Source: Verrucomicrobiales bacterium (GTDB lineage: Bacteria; Verrucomicrobiota; Verrucomicrobiia; Verrucomicrobiales; V1-33). From it: a DNA stretch of 59,444 bases. Below the pieces are notes generated by a model. It saw only the letters and a program-made list of their open reading frames with translations, did not search any database and was not told the DNA's origin. Of this stretch, positions 36,001 through 44,760 are shown in pieces; the first letter of the stretch is position 1; every line of letters starts with the position of its first letter. The stretch is taken from the NCBI GenBank assembly GCA_031411295.1, contig JANOAV010000208.1, positions 1 to 59,444 on the forward strand. Reading direction: 5' to 3'. The position numbers and the translations under genes are program-made.

Positions 36001-39000
36001 CACCACGGTGGAAAATCGCTATCCCAAAACGCCGGAAGCCATCGAAGCGCGCTTCGGCATTGCGGAAACATTTCTCGCGCAGAAGGTCTATGATCAAGCC
36101 GTGACCTTGCTGGAGGCGCTGGCGCAGTCTTCGCAGCCGGCCATTACGGTGCGGGCCGATTTTCTGCGCGGGGTCCTCGCCAGTCGCAAAGGGGAACGGG
36201 ATGAAGCGCGACGTTTCTTCCGTGGCGTGTTGGATCGCGTCCCGGACATGGCCATGGCGGATCGCACGTTGTTCGAGTTGTCGCAAGTTTATGGTTATGA
36301 ACAACGGTATTTGGAGCAGTTGGATTTGCTGCGCACGGTGGGTCGGTTAGGGCGTGAATCCCAGAAATGGCAGACTCCCGGCAAGGCGCTTTCCATCGTG
36401 GTGCAGGATGCGGACTTGGGCATCAGTCGTGGTGAAATGCGCCTGCCCGTGCTCGTCAAAGCAAGTCCTGGCGGGGATCAGGAAACGGTGTGGCTGCATT
36501 ACGGTGGCGGCGGGCGTGGCTTGTTCATGGGAGAAATTCCCACTGCGCTGGGGGCCGCCGCATCCGAAGATCATACGCTGCAAGTGCAAGGCAGCGATAT
36601 CATCACCGTGGACTATCCACCGGAGTTCAAATCACGCTTTGCGTCCGCCGGCTTGCCCCGCAACCAGATCGCGATCGCCTCCGATGCCAAGTTGATGCTC
36701 GGCAGCGCTCCGCTGGTGGCCGCTCAGCGGGAAACTTTTACCAACGAACTGGAGCGCACGAGCAAGGCGGCTCTGGAGAACGACCAACGCCAGTCCGTGC
36801 GACGCCCGGGCAATGAGATCAAGCCGGGCAATTTAATTTATGCCCGAGTCTTGGACGCGGACCGAGATCGCTCGGCCGCCAATGACACGATCCCGGTCAT
36901 CCTAACCGCTTCCAGTGGCGATGTGGTGCGCCTCACGCTAACGGAAACGGGGCCGCACACCGGTGAGTTTCTGGGCTCTGGAAAATCGGGCGAACTCCCC
37001 GCCGGAGCCATCGCCAGCGATCAATCAATCGGCCGCAGTCCACTGTTTGCCATTGATCAAAGCGCGGATACCTCCTGGCTCAGCGAACCCGATGGACTGG
37101 CACCCAAGTCGCTCACCGTGGATCTCAAAGCGCTGCGTCCCGTCGATTCGATTACTCTCAGCACGCCCGAACCAGCGAAACAAACGTTGACGCAATTCAC
37201 CCTGCAAGGCAGTCATGATGGTCGCTTCTTTTACCGCTTGGCATCGTTTCCCACGCCCAAGCCACCAGCCCTGCCGAAGTTTGCCAATGGTCCGATGACG
37301 CGCCGAGTTTGGAAATTGGATCGTGGGGAATTTGAAAGCTGGGAGCAAGTGGTGGAATGGACCGGCAAGCATGAAGCGCTGGAAACCAAGCCTGCGGAGC
37401 AATTGACGTGGAAGCTCGAAGGAGAGAAAGCGGATAAAGATGAATCCACGTATGGCGTCCTCTGGACGGGAACGTTCCTGCAACCCAGGCCGGGAGCGGT
37501 GCGGTTTGCCATGACTGGTCAACAGACGGCGTTGCTCGTGAATGGCCGCCTGGAGCTTTGGAAAAAATCGGCAGTCAATGCGGCCACGCCTCCCATGGTC
37601 GATGTCTGGCTGCCGCGGGGCGCCCACCAGTTGTGCCTTTTAAGTCTCACGAGACGTGGCAGCCTGGGCTTGGCGGTATCGCGCGCGCGGGAGAACCCCA
37701 ATGTTTCCGCAGTGCGATTGCTGCCGTTCACTGCCGACGATTTTGCGTTGGAAACCCCGGAGGCCAAGGACTTGCAGGCGATCCCCGTGGTGGCCGAAAC
37801 CGCCGCCATTACCGAGAAGGACGGCACGTGGAGTTGCACGCTGCCCGAGAAATCGTTGCGTCATGTGCGTTGCGTGGTTGAAGCCTACAAAGGTGAGGCC
37901 GTGGCCATTAATCAATGCACCATCAAGGGGGGCGCGGAAACGTGGATCCCCACCGCCATCGATATTTTGGCGTTAGGGAAAAATGAGATTTTGGAATTGG
38001 CCGCAGGCGATTCGGTCACCGGAAAATATGTGGATGAACTCACCGAGGACGGCGGGATTGAAAATCGGGAACTCACGCAATCTCTCACCGCTACTTACTT
38101 CGATGGCAAGATCACCCCGATCAGCATGGATTTTGGACGCGAGGGCAATGGCACCGTTTCCGAGAAACGGCAGGAGCTCCGCCGCATCGATCCCGGTGAA
38201 CGCGTCAGTGTGGAGATTGCGGATTTCGATCTCGATCAATCCGGCCAGATCGACACCGTGAAAGTTTCCCTGCAAGTGGCCGAGGAGAAACCCGTGATGC
38301 TGGAAGCCACGGAAACCGGCCCTACCACGGGAATTTTCCGCGTTAGCGTGGACACCGCCGAGGCTCCTGCTGAAGGAAAACTGGTGGTCAAACGTGGGCA
38401 GCGCTTGCGGTTTTCCTACTTCGATGACCAGAACAATTTCCCCGGGCATCGTCATGCGCGTGAGGCGGAAGTGGTCGTGCGAACGCCCAGCAATGGACGC
38501 ATTCGTTTGGTGGAGAGTCGGATGATTCCGCAGCCGATCTCCGTGGATCGCAAAACGCCACTGCCGCCACCAACCTATGCTTATCTGGCCTTCAGTGAAG
38601 CGCGTCGTGACGCCGTGAAGGGCCTGTGTTATGGGGTGCCGCTTAGTGTGGAAGTGATCGATCCGGATGCCGCCAAGACCACTGGCAGCAAAGTCATCGT
38701 GAGCCTGGAGCGGGGTGCCGGGCCTCCCGTGCGGATTGCTTGTGTGCTCTCGGAGCAAGTCGGCGGCTTCGAAGGAACCAATCCGGATGACCCCAATCCA
38801 GCTTTGGGTGAAGGACGATTCATTGGGCAGATTCCCCTGCATTTGGGTGACCTCAGCAGCCCTGGATCCATTCCCAAGCCCACGGAAATGACCGCTTCCT
38901 CTTTGGGAGAAGTCGTATCCGAGACCCCGGCAACAGAAGCCACGAAACCCAAGACCAAGGACGATCTCATTTCCGTCTTGAACGTAACCGGAAGCACCGT

Positions 39001-40309
39001 TGTGGTTGCCAAGTATGAAGATGCCGAACGCACCGATGGGGCCGCCAAGACGCTGCAGGAACAAGGGAAACTGATTGGCGACGGCACGTTAGTCATCACC
39101 GACGACGGCTACGCCGAGCCGGTGGCCAGCGTCCGTTTGGGGAATCGGCTCTACTTGCGTTTGACCGATGCCGATGCCGACAAGTCGGAAAAGCGCGATC
39201 AAGCGACGGTGATTGTTTCCAACGACCAAGGTGAGGAGGAAGCTGTCAGCATCGAAGAAACCTTGAGCCACAGCGGCATCTTCACCGGATCCTTTGCCCT
39301 CAAAGCCAATGAGAAACCGACCAAGGGAAATCACCAAGCGCAGGCGGATCCTGCCATCGAAGGATTCTTCGGCAGTAAACTCAACGCAGTCTATCTGGAT
39401 GATCGCCCAGCCAGTCAGGAGGGACAACTGGTGGTGAAAGCCGAGGTTGCTGTCGCGGAGGGATCGGATGGGAAACTGGCCTCCTTCAGCAAAATGTTTG
39501 ATCAGGAAGAACTGGCCGTGCAGACGCAGTTCACCATTGCGGAAAGTCATTTCGAACTCTTCAAGAGCCACCTAGCCTTGAATCGACAAGCGCCCGCCGC
39601 CATCGAGTTGGCCGCTGGGCGCAAGGTGTTGCAGGAGTTGGCGGAAGATTTCCCGGGGTCGAAGTATGCCGCGCGCATCAGTTACCTAACCGGACAGTTT
39701 GCCCAGGAAATGAAGGACTGGACCGCCGCCATTGCCGCCTATCAATCGATCATTCGCGATGCCCCGGAACACACCCTGGCCGCCGATGCCCAATTCAAAC
39801 TCGGCCAATGCCACGAAGCCGCGCAACAGCCGAACGAAGCCATGGAGGCCTACGTCACGCTGGCCGCCAGTTATCCCAAGAGCCCGCTCATCGCCAATGC
39901 CATGGTGCGGATGAATGATTATTTCTACGAGAAGGAAGACTACAAAGTGGCGGCCCAAGTCGGCCTCAAATTCCTCGAGCGTTTCCCCACGCACCAATGG
40001 GCCCCCAAGATCGCCTTCCGCGTCGGCCAGTGCCATTACAAGGACAAGCAATTCAAGTCCGGCGGCCAGGCCTTTGATGTCCTTGTGAAACAATTTCCCG
40101 AAGACGAACTCACCCCCCAAGCCCTCTTCTGGGCCGGTGAATGCTACCGCGGAGCCAACGACGTCCCCAACGCCTTCCGCCGCTATAACCGCTGCCGCTG
40201 GGACTTCCCCGAAACCGAAGCTGCCAAATTCGCCCGCGGCCGCCTGGCCCTGCCGGAAATGCTCGCGCAGTTTGAAAAGGAATCCAATGTGGACGAGGAC
40301 ACAAAGTGA
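33047..40309 (+). CDS. Giant exported TPR protein (about 2420 aa) with repeated beta-rich modules and discoidin-like and PA14-like segments
   Basis: Start MKSFRALLLIP (signal peptide) at ATG 33047. Long helical/TPR region, about five DxD..(ETG)..G.F modules, AIDQSADTSW..LTVDL..LQGSHDG, VLWTGTF..LLVNG..GAHQL and C-terminal TPRs. Confidence 0.8.
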   Translation: MKSFRALLLIPFLCTATIVSAAEPTVASLEAKLAQTVDTTPEGATALLALVDFHRAQALIPGLTRHAKRFTDAHVGHARHAEVQALLVQGLRISSRHPELIAAARQFIERYPNDARQLEVSTALQESLELSNRKREAADVGYAAWQRVGIKAYDLMVRSLQLYREVDQKDGWKRAAEMVAGILGDMSPDHKAYEIGQEGFHAARHRAGEMELAQQIGTALLDRKVPFPAGELQPFLMELAENSRGLTKPAEQIACLEKARALGDNPELLAMLVEAHHQAKSAPEKLQPLVADFRKKFPAHKFHWSVVAALAEAQGRAGQSAKALETALEVLANDAEGGRELLSADKFIVWAGGKEKPESFAQGEKLLRGLLDKKRPGAWRIAWTLAFDVLRDRYQKPEKAKEVVRSLIFQMEAEESNVASALDWLLDSAANDAEFQKDVDQWVKTAQQHLDVKVYREHLAEYAKSRMDKPETKPRAKLAAEGAAKLAQTPLLKLWAKSQTEGVGRQGRGELLEQTLPPAQMLFVLKKQAESFASEGSEKGKRKASELYRQLAKLDPSNNAAERSWLYFCSGFAEKEERSAAAAAVLAQAPVSDPNVWLALMSVAKKNQDPAMARTVLAWIQQAEKAHGATIERAGEIGGTLKEMELKAESMAWAEAHFPLAPSNWQSSACAQTIWSLLPEKSDARLAFAKKAMDQESSFFGAYAGWLADEYLNRRDFTNFQATIQAAVKRRPDRPISGWGMGEYPARSWLEWAMTDKEITEEHKQIIYATVRDMEVGAVSGKAALLATPKADAWERLQLWQQAAVHASNQGETWNHLRPLAQSALARGEFAEAGTLFASLVANITQVDSATQESGRAGLRSAYSRLGVVGFDEKAGGAAAPVLAIATHLQLGEERLAAKAYKDHRDLFDKYYLDLPVEVVLFAAKQHMTAGTDAEHNRTEDLLRQWLIKFSEKEDIPATDKSRMQLLLAKNYDLGGRWEAARSEYTTVENRYPKTPEAIEARFGIAETFLAQKVYDQAVTLLEALAQSSQPAITVRADFLRGVLASRKGERDEARRFFRGVLDRVPDMAMADRTLFELSQVYGYEQRYLEQLDLLRTVGRLGRESQKWQTPGKALSIVVQDADLGISRGEMRLPVLVKASPGGDQETVWLHYGGGGRGLFMGEIPTALGAAASEDHTLQVQGSDIITVDYPPEFKSRFASAGLPRNQIAIASDAKLMLGSAPLVAAQRETFTNELERTSKAALENDQRQSVRRPGNEIKPGNLIYARVLDADRDRSAANDTIPVILTASSGDVVRLTLTETGPHTGEFLGSGKSGELPAGAIASDQSIGRSPLFAIDQSADTSWLSEPDGLAPKSLTVDLKALRPVDSITLSTPEPAKQTLTQFTLQGSHDGRFFYRLASFPTPKPPALPKFANGPMTRRVWKLDRGEFESWEQVVEWTGKHEALETKPAEQLTWKLEGEKADKDESTYGVLWTGTFLQPRPGAVRFAMTGQQTALLVNGRLELWKKSAVNAATPPMVDVWLPRGAHQLCLLSLTRRGSLGLAVSRARENPNVSAVRLLPFTADDFALETPEAKDLQAIPVVAETAAITEKDGTWSCTLPEKSLRHVRCVVEAYKGEAVAINQCTIKGGAETWIPTAIDILALGKNEILELAAGDSVTGKYVDELTEDGGIENRELTQSLTATYFDGKITPISMDFGREGNGTVSEKRQELRRIDPGERVSVEIADFDLDQSGQIDTVKVSLQVAEEKPVMLEATETGPTTGIFRVSVDTAEAPAEGKLVVKRGQRLRFSYFDDQNNFPGHRHAREAEVVVRTPSNGRIRLVESRMIPQPISVDRKTPLPPPTYAYLAFSEARRDAVKGLCYGVPLSVEVIDPDAAKTTGSKVIVSLERGAGPPVRIACVLSEQVGGFEGTNPDDPNPALGEGRFIGQIPLHLGDLSSPGSIPKPTEMTASSLGEVVSETPATEATKPKTKDDLISVLNVTGSTVVVAKYEDAERTDGAAKTLQEQGKLIGDGTLVITDDGYAEPVASVRLGNRLYLRLTDADADKSEKRDQATVIVSNDQGEEEAVSIEETLSHSGIFTGSFALKANEKPTKGNHQAQADPAIEGFFGSKLNAVYLDDRPASQEGQLVVKAEVAVAEGSDGKLASFSKMFDQEELAVQTQFTIAESHFELFKSHLALNRQAPAAIELAAGRKVLQELAEDFPGSKYAARISYLTGQFAQEMKDWTAAIAAYQSIIRDAPEHTLAADAQFKLGQCHEAAQQPNEAMEAYVTLAASYPKSPLIANAMVRMNDYFYEKEDYKVAAQVGLKFLERFPTHQWAPKIAFRVGQCHYKDKQFKSGGQAFDVLVKQFPEDELTPQALFWAGECYRGANDVPNAFRRYNRCRWDFPETEAAKFARGRLALPEMLAQFEKESNVDEDTK

Positions 40310-40318
40310 TGAGCGAAT

Positions 40319-40377
40319 GTGGAGCCGTCCGCTGGACTGCTCAAAAGAAGGGCGAACAGTCCAGCGGACTGTCCCAC
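40319..40377. repeat. REP-like inverted doublet, GTGG type
   Basis: GTGGAGCCGTCCGCTGGACTGCTC ... GAACAGTCCAGCGGACTGTCCCAC. Confidence 0.75.
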
Positions 40378-40470
40378 ATTACTGGAGGTGGCGAGCGTCC
40401 CGCCGCCATTGGCACCGCACCCGATTTTTCATCCCGCTCCAAGGACCGCAGGCACCGATTGCGCCATGAG

Positions 40471-40560
40471 TTGGAGTCCCGGCTTCAGCTGGAGCATCAC
40501 GCTAAGGACCACGAGCCAGGACGCCTAGCGGGATCCTCCGCCTAAAGGCCGGAACTCCAA
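40471..40560. repeat. REP-like inverted doublet, GGAG type
   Basis: TTGGAGTCCCGGCTTCAGCTGG ... CCGCCTAAAGGCCGGAACTCCAA. Confidence 0.7.
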
Positions 40561-40643
40561 CGGATGTTCCGGTTTTGCTTTGATCATTACCCTACCTGCC
40601 ATCCGCTCCCGAGCCCACAACACGTTCCCCGTTTTTCGGATGC

Positions 40644-40763
40644 GTTCTCGGCTACGCTGCGTTGGTCGAGCTTGGATTCTAAATGTGGGGAAAGTAGCAT
40701 TTTCAAATTCTCGTCAACGGTGATGCGGCCGCGGTCGAAGGCTGCATCGTGAAGCCGTCCATT
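40644..40763 (-). pseudogene. C-terminal fragment of an HNH endonuclease
   Basis: Manual translation NGRLHDAAFDRGRITVDENLKMLLSPHL resembles the NGL.L..LHD.AFD.G.I..D end of HNH restriction nucleases. No start or N-terminal part is present. Confidence 0.65.
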
Positions 40764-40790
40764 CTGAACTTTAGTGAAGAACTGCGCGTT

Positions 40791-43319
40791 CTACGGAAGC
40801 ACTAGCATCCGCCCACTCGATGTGATTTTGATACGTAGTAAGGCTCCAGAATCCCGACCCTGTAGTTTTTCAGGATAAATGGCATTACCCAACGAGTAGG
40901 CCACAAACCCGCCATGCGTAAACTCCTGGCGTTGCACCACGTGAGGGTGCGAGCCAGCCACACACGTTACGCCCTGTTCCAGGAACCATTGCGCCAACTG
41001 ATGTTGGGTTGCGGAGACCTTGGTTTCGTATTCCTCACCCCAATGCACGAATACGACGATAACCTCACCGGCAGCCATGGCGGCACGGAACTCAGCACTC
41101 AAAAGTTCCTGATGTTGCGGTAAGGATGCCACTCCTGGACTTGCATCCGTTGCGACCAACGCGTCCACGCAGCAAACGCCAAACACCGCAAGTTTTACGC
41201 CCTTGCTTGTTAGGTGCAATGGCTTGACGGCCTGAGCCTCCACGCCTGCGCCAAGCGCCTTAACCTCGTGATCGCGGCATTGCTTGAGCGCATCCGCTAA
41301 GCCCATGACTCCAGCATCGCCTGCGTGATTATTGGCCAGACTCACTGCGGTTACTCCCTGCTGCAACCATGCTAGTTTGGTAGGATCGAAGCGGAAATCA
41401 TACTTCACACCATTCACCGGAGGCCGCTGCGTGGGCACTCCTTCCAAATTCCACAGCACCACATCCGCCCCTTCGCATCGCTTGCTCCAGGTCGCAACTT
41501 CGGCCTCCGAAGCTTCGGCTAGGACGCAATCTCCCACGAAGGCGATTTCGCAGGTGGCCTCATCCCGCAGTGTCAGGACAGAACAACTGGGCCTGGTCTC
41601 CATCAGTTTCCTCAGCGGCAGCACCTCTGGAACCCCGCCCAAATGATGCACGAAGACATCGTCCGCCGTCAACACTCCGACCGGAGCCACGTCCTGCCAG
41701 AGTGCTGCCATGTGGTTGCCGAAACTCACCGCCACACCTTGCTCTGCCTGGGCGGGTAAAGGGAGTTGAAAATCGACCCGCAATTTCTCGGCCATCACTT
41801 GCAGTTGTGCCGCCACCTGCGATGGATCTCCCCAAGCCAAAGGCGCGCCAGACCGCCTCCATGCGTGCACCAGGAAATTTGAACAATCGGAACCCCAACC
41901 CGTTTCCACACCTTGCTGAGAGTCATCCTGCGCTAGGGCAATTCCGAAGACATACGGCATGCGAAAACACTCAGCCAATCCGGCATGGAACCCTGAGCCT
42001 TCCGTGCGTCGAATCTCAATGATTGGCGTAGGATACCAAACATCACCCACTTGAATTTCTGCCAGATACCGATGCCGCCCCAGCGCCACTTGTGCCTCAG
42101 AAAGTTGAAATGCCGCGTCCTTCGTTTCTGCGAGAAGCACCCTGCCTTCGGCCACCCAGCGAGCGGGGTGCGTGGAGAACGTTTTCCCCAAGCCAGTCGC
42201 TGGCAGCAAATCCACGGCCGGATGCAACGGTTCCAGCGCATACCATCGCACATGGCCCGATGCCTTTTCCGGCAACGCTCGCACACGTAAAATGGATTCG
42301 TGCGTCTGCGCCACACGGTAAATTCCATCCGAATCCGCCTCAGCATCCGCCAAGACTAACGTGCACGGGAGCAGTGCACTTTCCCATGATTTCATGATGG
42401 AAGTCCAATCACGCTGCTGGTCCTGGAAATGCCAGCACGATTGGTTTCGAACGCAGAGGCTCCGCAAATCGGCTGGCAACGCAGCGGCATCCCAGCGGGG
42501 AACAGCCTGATTTTCACCCTTTAGCTTCAAGGCTTGGAGCGAATCATCGGGCGTGACATCCACTTGGGATCGAATCGTGAATCGCACCCCACGGACACCA
42601 GCCACCGCTTGGAAAGTAACTCGCAGCAAGGCTTGCGCTTCCGCCTCATCCTGCAGCCACGGACGGGAAAGACAAAACGACAGCGCACAGAGGTTCGGTT
42701 GCCCAATCAGCCACTGCCAGATTTTAGCGAACCGTTGCTCGCGTTCAGGCGATTTCATTTCCATGAAATAGTCCAGATCAATGCTCGCAACTAACGGACG
42801 CGGAGAGAGTTTCAATGCCTTCAATTGATCCGCCGCCACCACGTGCCAACGCCGAGCCATAGCCCCAGCGGAGCGTTTCTCGAACTCCAGCCTGCCATCC
42901 ACTGCGTCAATCGCTTCCTGTTCCAATTCGGACGCTTCCTCGCCCGAGAACTGCTCCCGCGCCAGCCAGATCACTTGATCAAACGGTCGTGGCATCAAAG
43001 GTTCTATCCAATTGTAAGCCTGAATTTTCCCCGCACTGCGCCATGCCTCGCAACGTTCCCGCCGTTGTTCCACCGATGCTACGCGACGCAAACCCTCACG
43101 AACGTCATCCGAACGTTCAACGCACGATGCATCCGAGTGATGATCCACCAGGAGCAAAGTAGCCGCTTCATCCAAGTCCAGCACTTGGCTGAACCACGTG
43201 AAGCTGTCTGCGTGATTGTCAGAAATAAACACCGGCAACGTGCCCACCTGCCCGGCGTTAGCACGACGCAAGCAACACAGCATGGCTAGCACGCTGAGAA
43301 TGGCCAGCGGAAGACGCAT
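40791..43319 (-). CDS. Multidomain exported protein: UPF0489-like, Cys/His (NlpC/P60-like) segment and CapA-family metallophosphatase
   Basis: DNHAD, VDHHSD, YNWI and SIDLDYF (N-terminal); YVFG..GSDCSNF..GNHMAA (middle); FVGD, NLEG, SLANNHAGD, VHWGEEY, GSHPHV and YSLGN (CapA). TAATG overlap with the upstream gene. Confidence 0.8.
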   Translation of the reverse strand: MRLPLAILSVLAMLCCLRRANAGQVGTLPVFISDNHADSFTWFSQVLDLDEAATLLLVDHHSDASCVERSDDVREGLRRVASVEQRRERCEAWRSAGKIQAYNWIEPLMPRPFDQVIWLAREQFSGEEASELEQEAIDAVDGRLEFEKRSAGAMARRWHVVAADQLKALKLSPRPLVASIDLDYFMEMKSPEREQRFAKIWQWLIGQPNLCALSFCLSRPWLQDEAEAQALLRVTFQAVAGVRGVRFTIRSQVDVTPDDSLQALKLKGENQAVPRWDAAALPADLRSLCVRNQSCWHFQDQQRDWTSIMKSWESALLPCTLVLADAEADSDGIYRVAQTHESILRVRALPEKASGHVRWYALEPLHPAVDLLPATGLGKTFSTHPARWVAEGRVLLAETKDAAFQLSEAQVALGRHRYLAEIQVGDVWYPTPIIEIRRTEGSGFHAGLAECFRMPYVFGIALAQDDSQQGVETGWGSDCSNFLVHAWRRSGAPLAWGDPSQVAAQLQVMAEKLRVDFQLPLPAQAEQGVAVSFGNHMAALWQDVAPVGVLTADDVFVHHLGGVPEVLPLRKLMETRPSCSVLTLRDEATCEIAFVGDCVLAEASEAEVATWSKRCEGADVVLWNLEGVPTQRPPVNGVKYDFRFDPTKLAWLQQGVTAVSLANNHAGDAGVMGLADALKQCRDHEVKALGAGVEAQAVKPLHLTSKGVKLAVFGVCCVDALVATDASPGVASLPQHQELLSAEFRAAMAAGEVIVVFVHWGEEYETKVSATQHQLAQWFLEQGVTCVAGSHPHVVQRQEFTHGGFVAYSLGNAIYPEKLQGRDSGALLRIKITSSGRMLVLP

Positions 43320-44674
43320 TAGCGAATGGGGCCTACCTTTGGGGCTTTTGATAAACCAGAAACCAGCTCGATCCGACTGACACAAAGATCCTCGTAGCGT
43401 GATCCTGGATACACTTCTAAAAATGTCAGTTTAATTTTCTCCACGGGTTTCGCGTAGTCGGGGAGGAAAAAGCGTTGCGCTATCTTGTCGTCAGTGAACT
43501 CAATTTCGTAAGATTTCTCCCCATTGAGTTCTAACTTGGCTCGCTTGGGGCGACCGTTGGCTTCGTATAGATTCTCCCTGAGTCCATCCGATCTTCCGAA
43601 ACCCGGAGCAATTGTGATAGCCCGCAGCACCCCTGGGACATCTGGTTTCAACTCCAACCACTCTCCCACTCCGTTGCCCTTGGCTCCTTCCGCCCAGCAA
43701 CCCCACTCCCTGACCTTACTTGCTTCATACGAATGTCCTGTCTCAGGGGGGAGCGTGGAACTGGCTTTCACGGTGTAGTTCGTATGCACCACCTCCCAGC
43801 GATCTCCACGTTTCGCACTACGCTTGCTGTTGTCGTATTTGTCCTCACCTACTTTCACTTCATAGGTATGCTCCTCTGGATCCATCTCAATCTGCAAATC
43901 ATCTGCGAGCGTAGGTTCCAAATCCTTGAACTCCCAGACCCAACGATTCCCCTGCTTTTCAAACCGATTAACCGGTTTCATCACTTTGATCTCACGAGGG
44001 TCCATATATTCCCAGGCTTCAATTACCACGCGACCATGCTTGATTGGTCCTGCCCAACAGGCTCCCGTTGAAAGCCGATAGGCAAAGACGCCCGCCGCCG
44101 TATGACTGCGATCACTCACATAACTGACATCGCGTGGGTAGTCACTTTCATACGCGATAGTCATCGTCTTTTCTTCGCCAGCAGCAAAGGATGCCGTGCT
44201 TACTAGCCAGCCGGTCAGTCTTGCGAATGAGTCAATTTCTCCGAATGGCTCATCAATCATTTTGGTAGTGAGTTCCTTAGAACGAAATTCGGCTCCCGTT
44301 TTGTTTGTATCGCTCAGGCTGATTTTGTAGTTTCGACAATACTCAAGTTTCTTGGGCGTTGCCTTTTCCGGGGTTCCCTCACCAGGGAACATCTTCCGTT
44401 CCTTCATCTCCTCGATGGGAAACCCAAATTCAACCTTCACTGGTTTATCCGAGATGTTTTTCATCTGATACCTGATACGAACAGACGCACCGTTCGGGCG
44501 CGCTGTGATGATGAGTTCCTCATCCAGAATGGCCACCTTGTCAGTGCCACTGGGCTCGAAGAGTTCCACATTGCCGGACTTAGCGACTCCCCCGCGGAAG
44601 TAGCCACCCCCATTGGCGAAGGTTGCAGTTGGAACCAAAGCAAGACAGATTGATAACAGAGGGATGGTTTTCAT
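43319..44674 (-). CDS. Exported protein with DUF4424-like N-terminus and discoidin/NADase-type glycan-binding-like C-terminus
   Basis: Signal peptide ending FA-NGG. YRLSTGACWAGPIK and WEFKDLEP. C-terminal ASSTL..CWAEGAKGNGVGEWLEL..NGRPK..EVYPGSRYEDLCVSRI. Confidence 0.7.
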   Translation of the reverse strand: MKTIPLLSICLALVPTATFANGGGYFRGGVAKSGNVELFEPSGTDKVAILDEELIITARPNGASVRIRYQMKNISDKPVKVEFGFPIEEMKERKMFPGEGTPEKATPKKLEYCRNYKISLSDTNKTGAEFRSKELTTKMIDEPFGEIDSFARLTGWLVSTASFAAGEEKTMTIAYESDYPRDVSYVSDRSHTAAGVFAYRLSTGACWAGPIKHGRVVIEAWEYMDPREIKVMKPVNRFEKQGNRWVWEFKDLEPTLADDLQIEMDPEEHTYEVKVGEDKYDNSKRSAKRGDRWEVVHTNYTVKASSTLPPETGHSYEASKVREWGCWAEGAKGNGVGEWLELKPDVPGVLRAITIAPGFGRSDGLRENLYEANGRPKRAKLELNGEKSYEIEFTDDKIAQRFFLPDYAKPVEKIKLTFLEVYPGSRYEDLCVSRIELVSGLSKAPKVGPIR

Positions 44675-44760
44675 AGTGGTTTCGGGAAATAACTCTCAAC
44701 GGTTACACGCTGGTCGTAGGATTTCTTTTAAGTTAGGGGCCGGGCGAGAGTGCCGGGAGG

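Noticed and set aside
40791..41580. Poly-gamma-glutamate capsule locus
   Set aside because: Only a CapA-like domain is present. The capB/capC synthetase genes are absent from the window.
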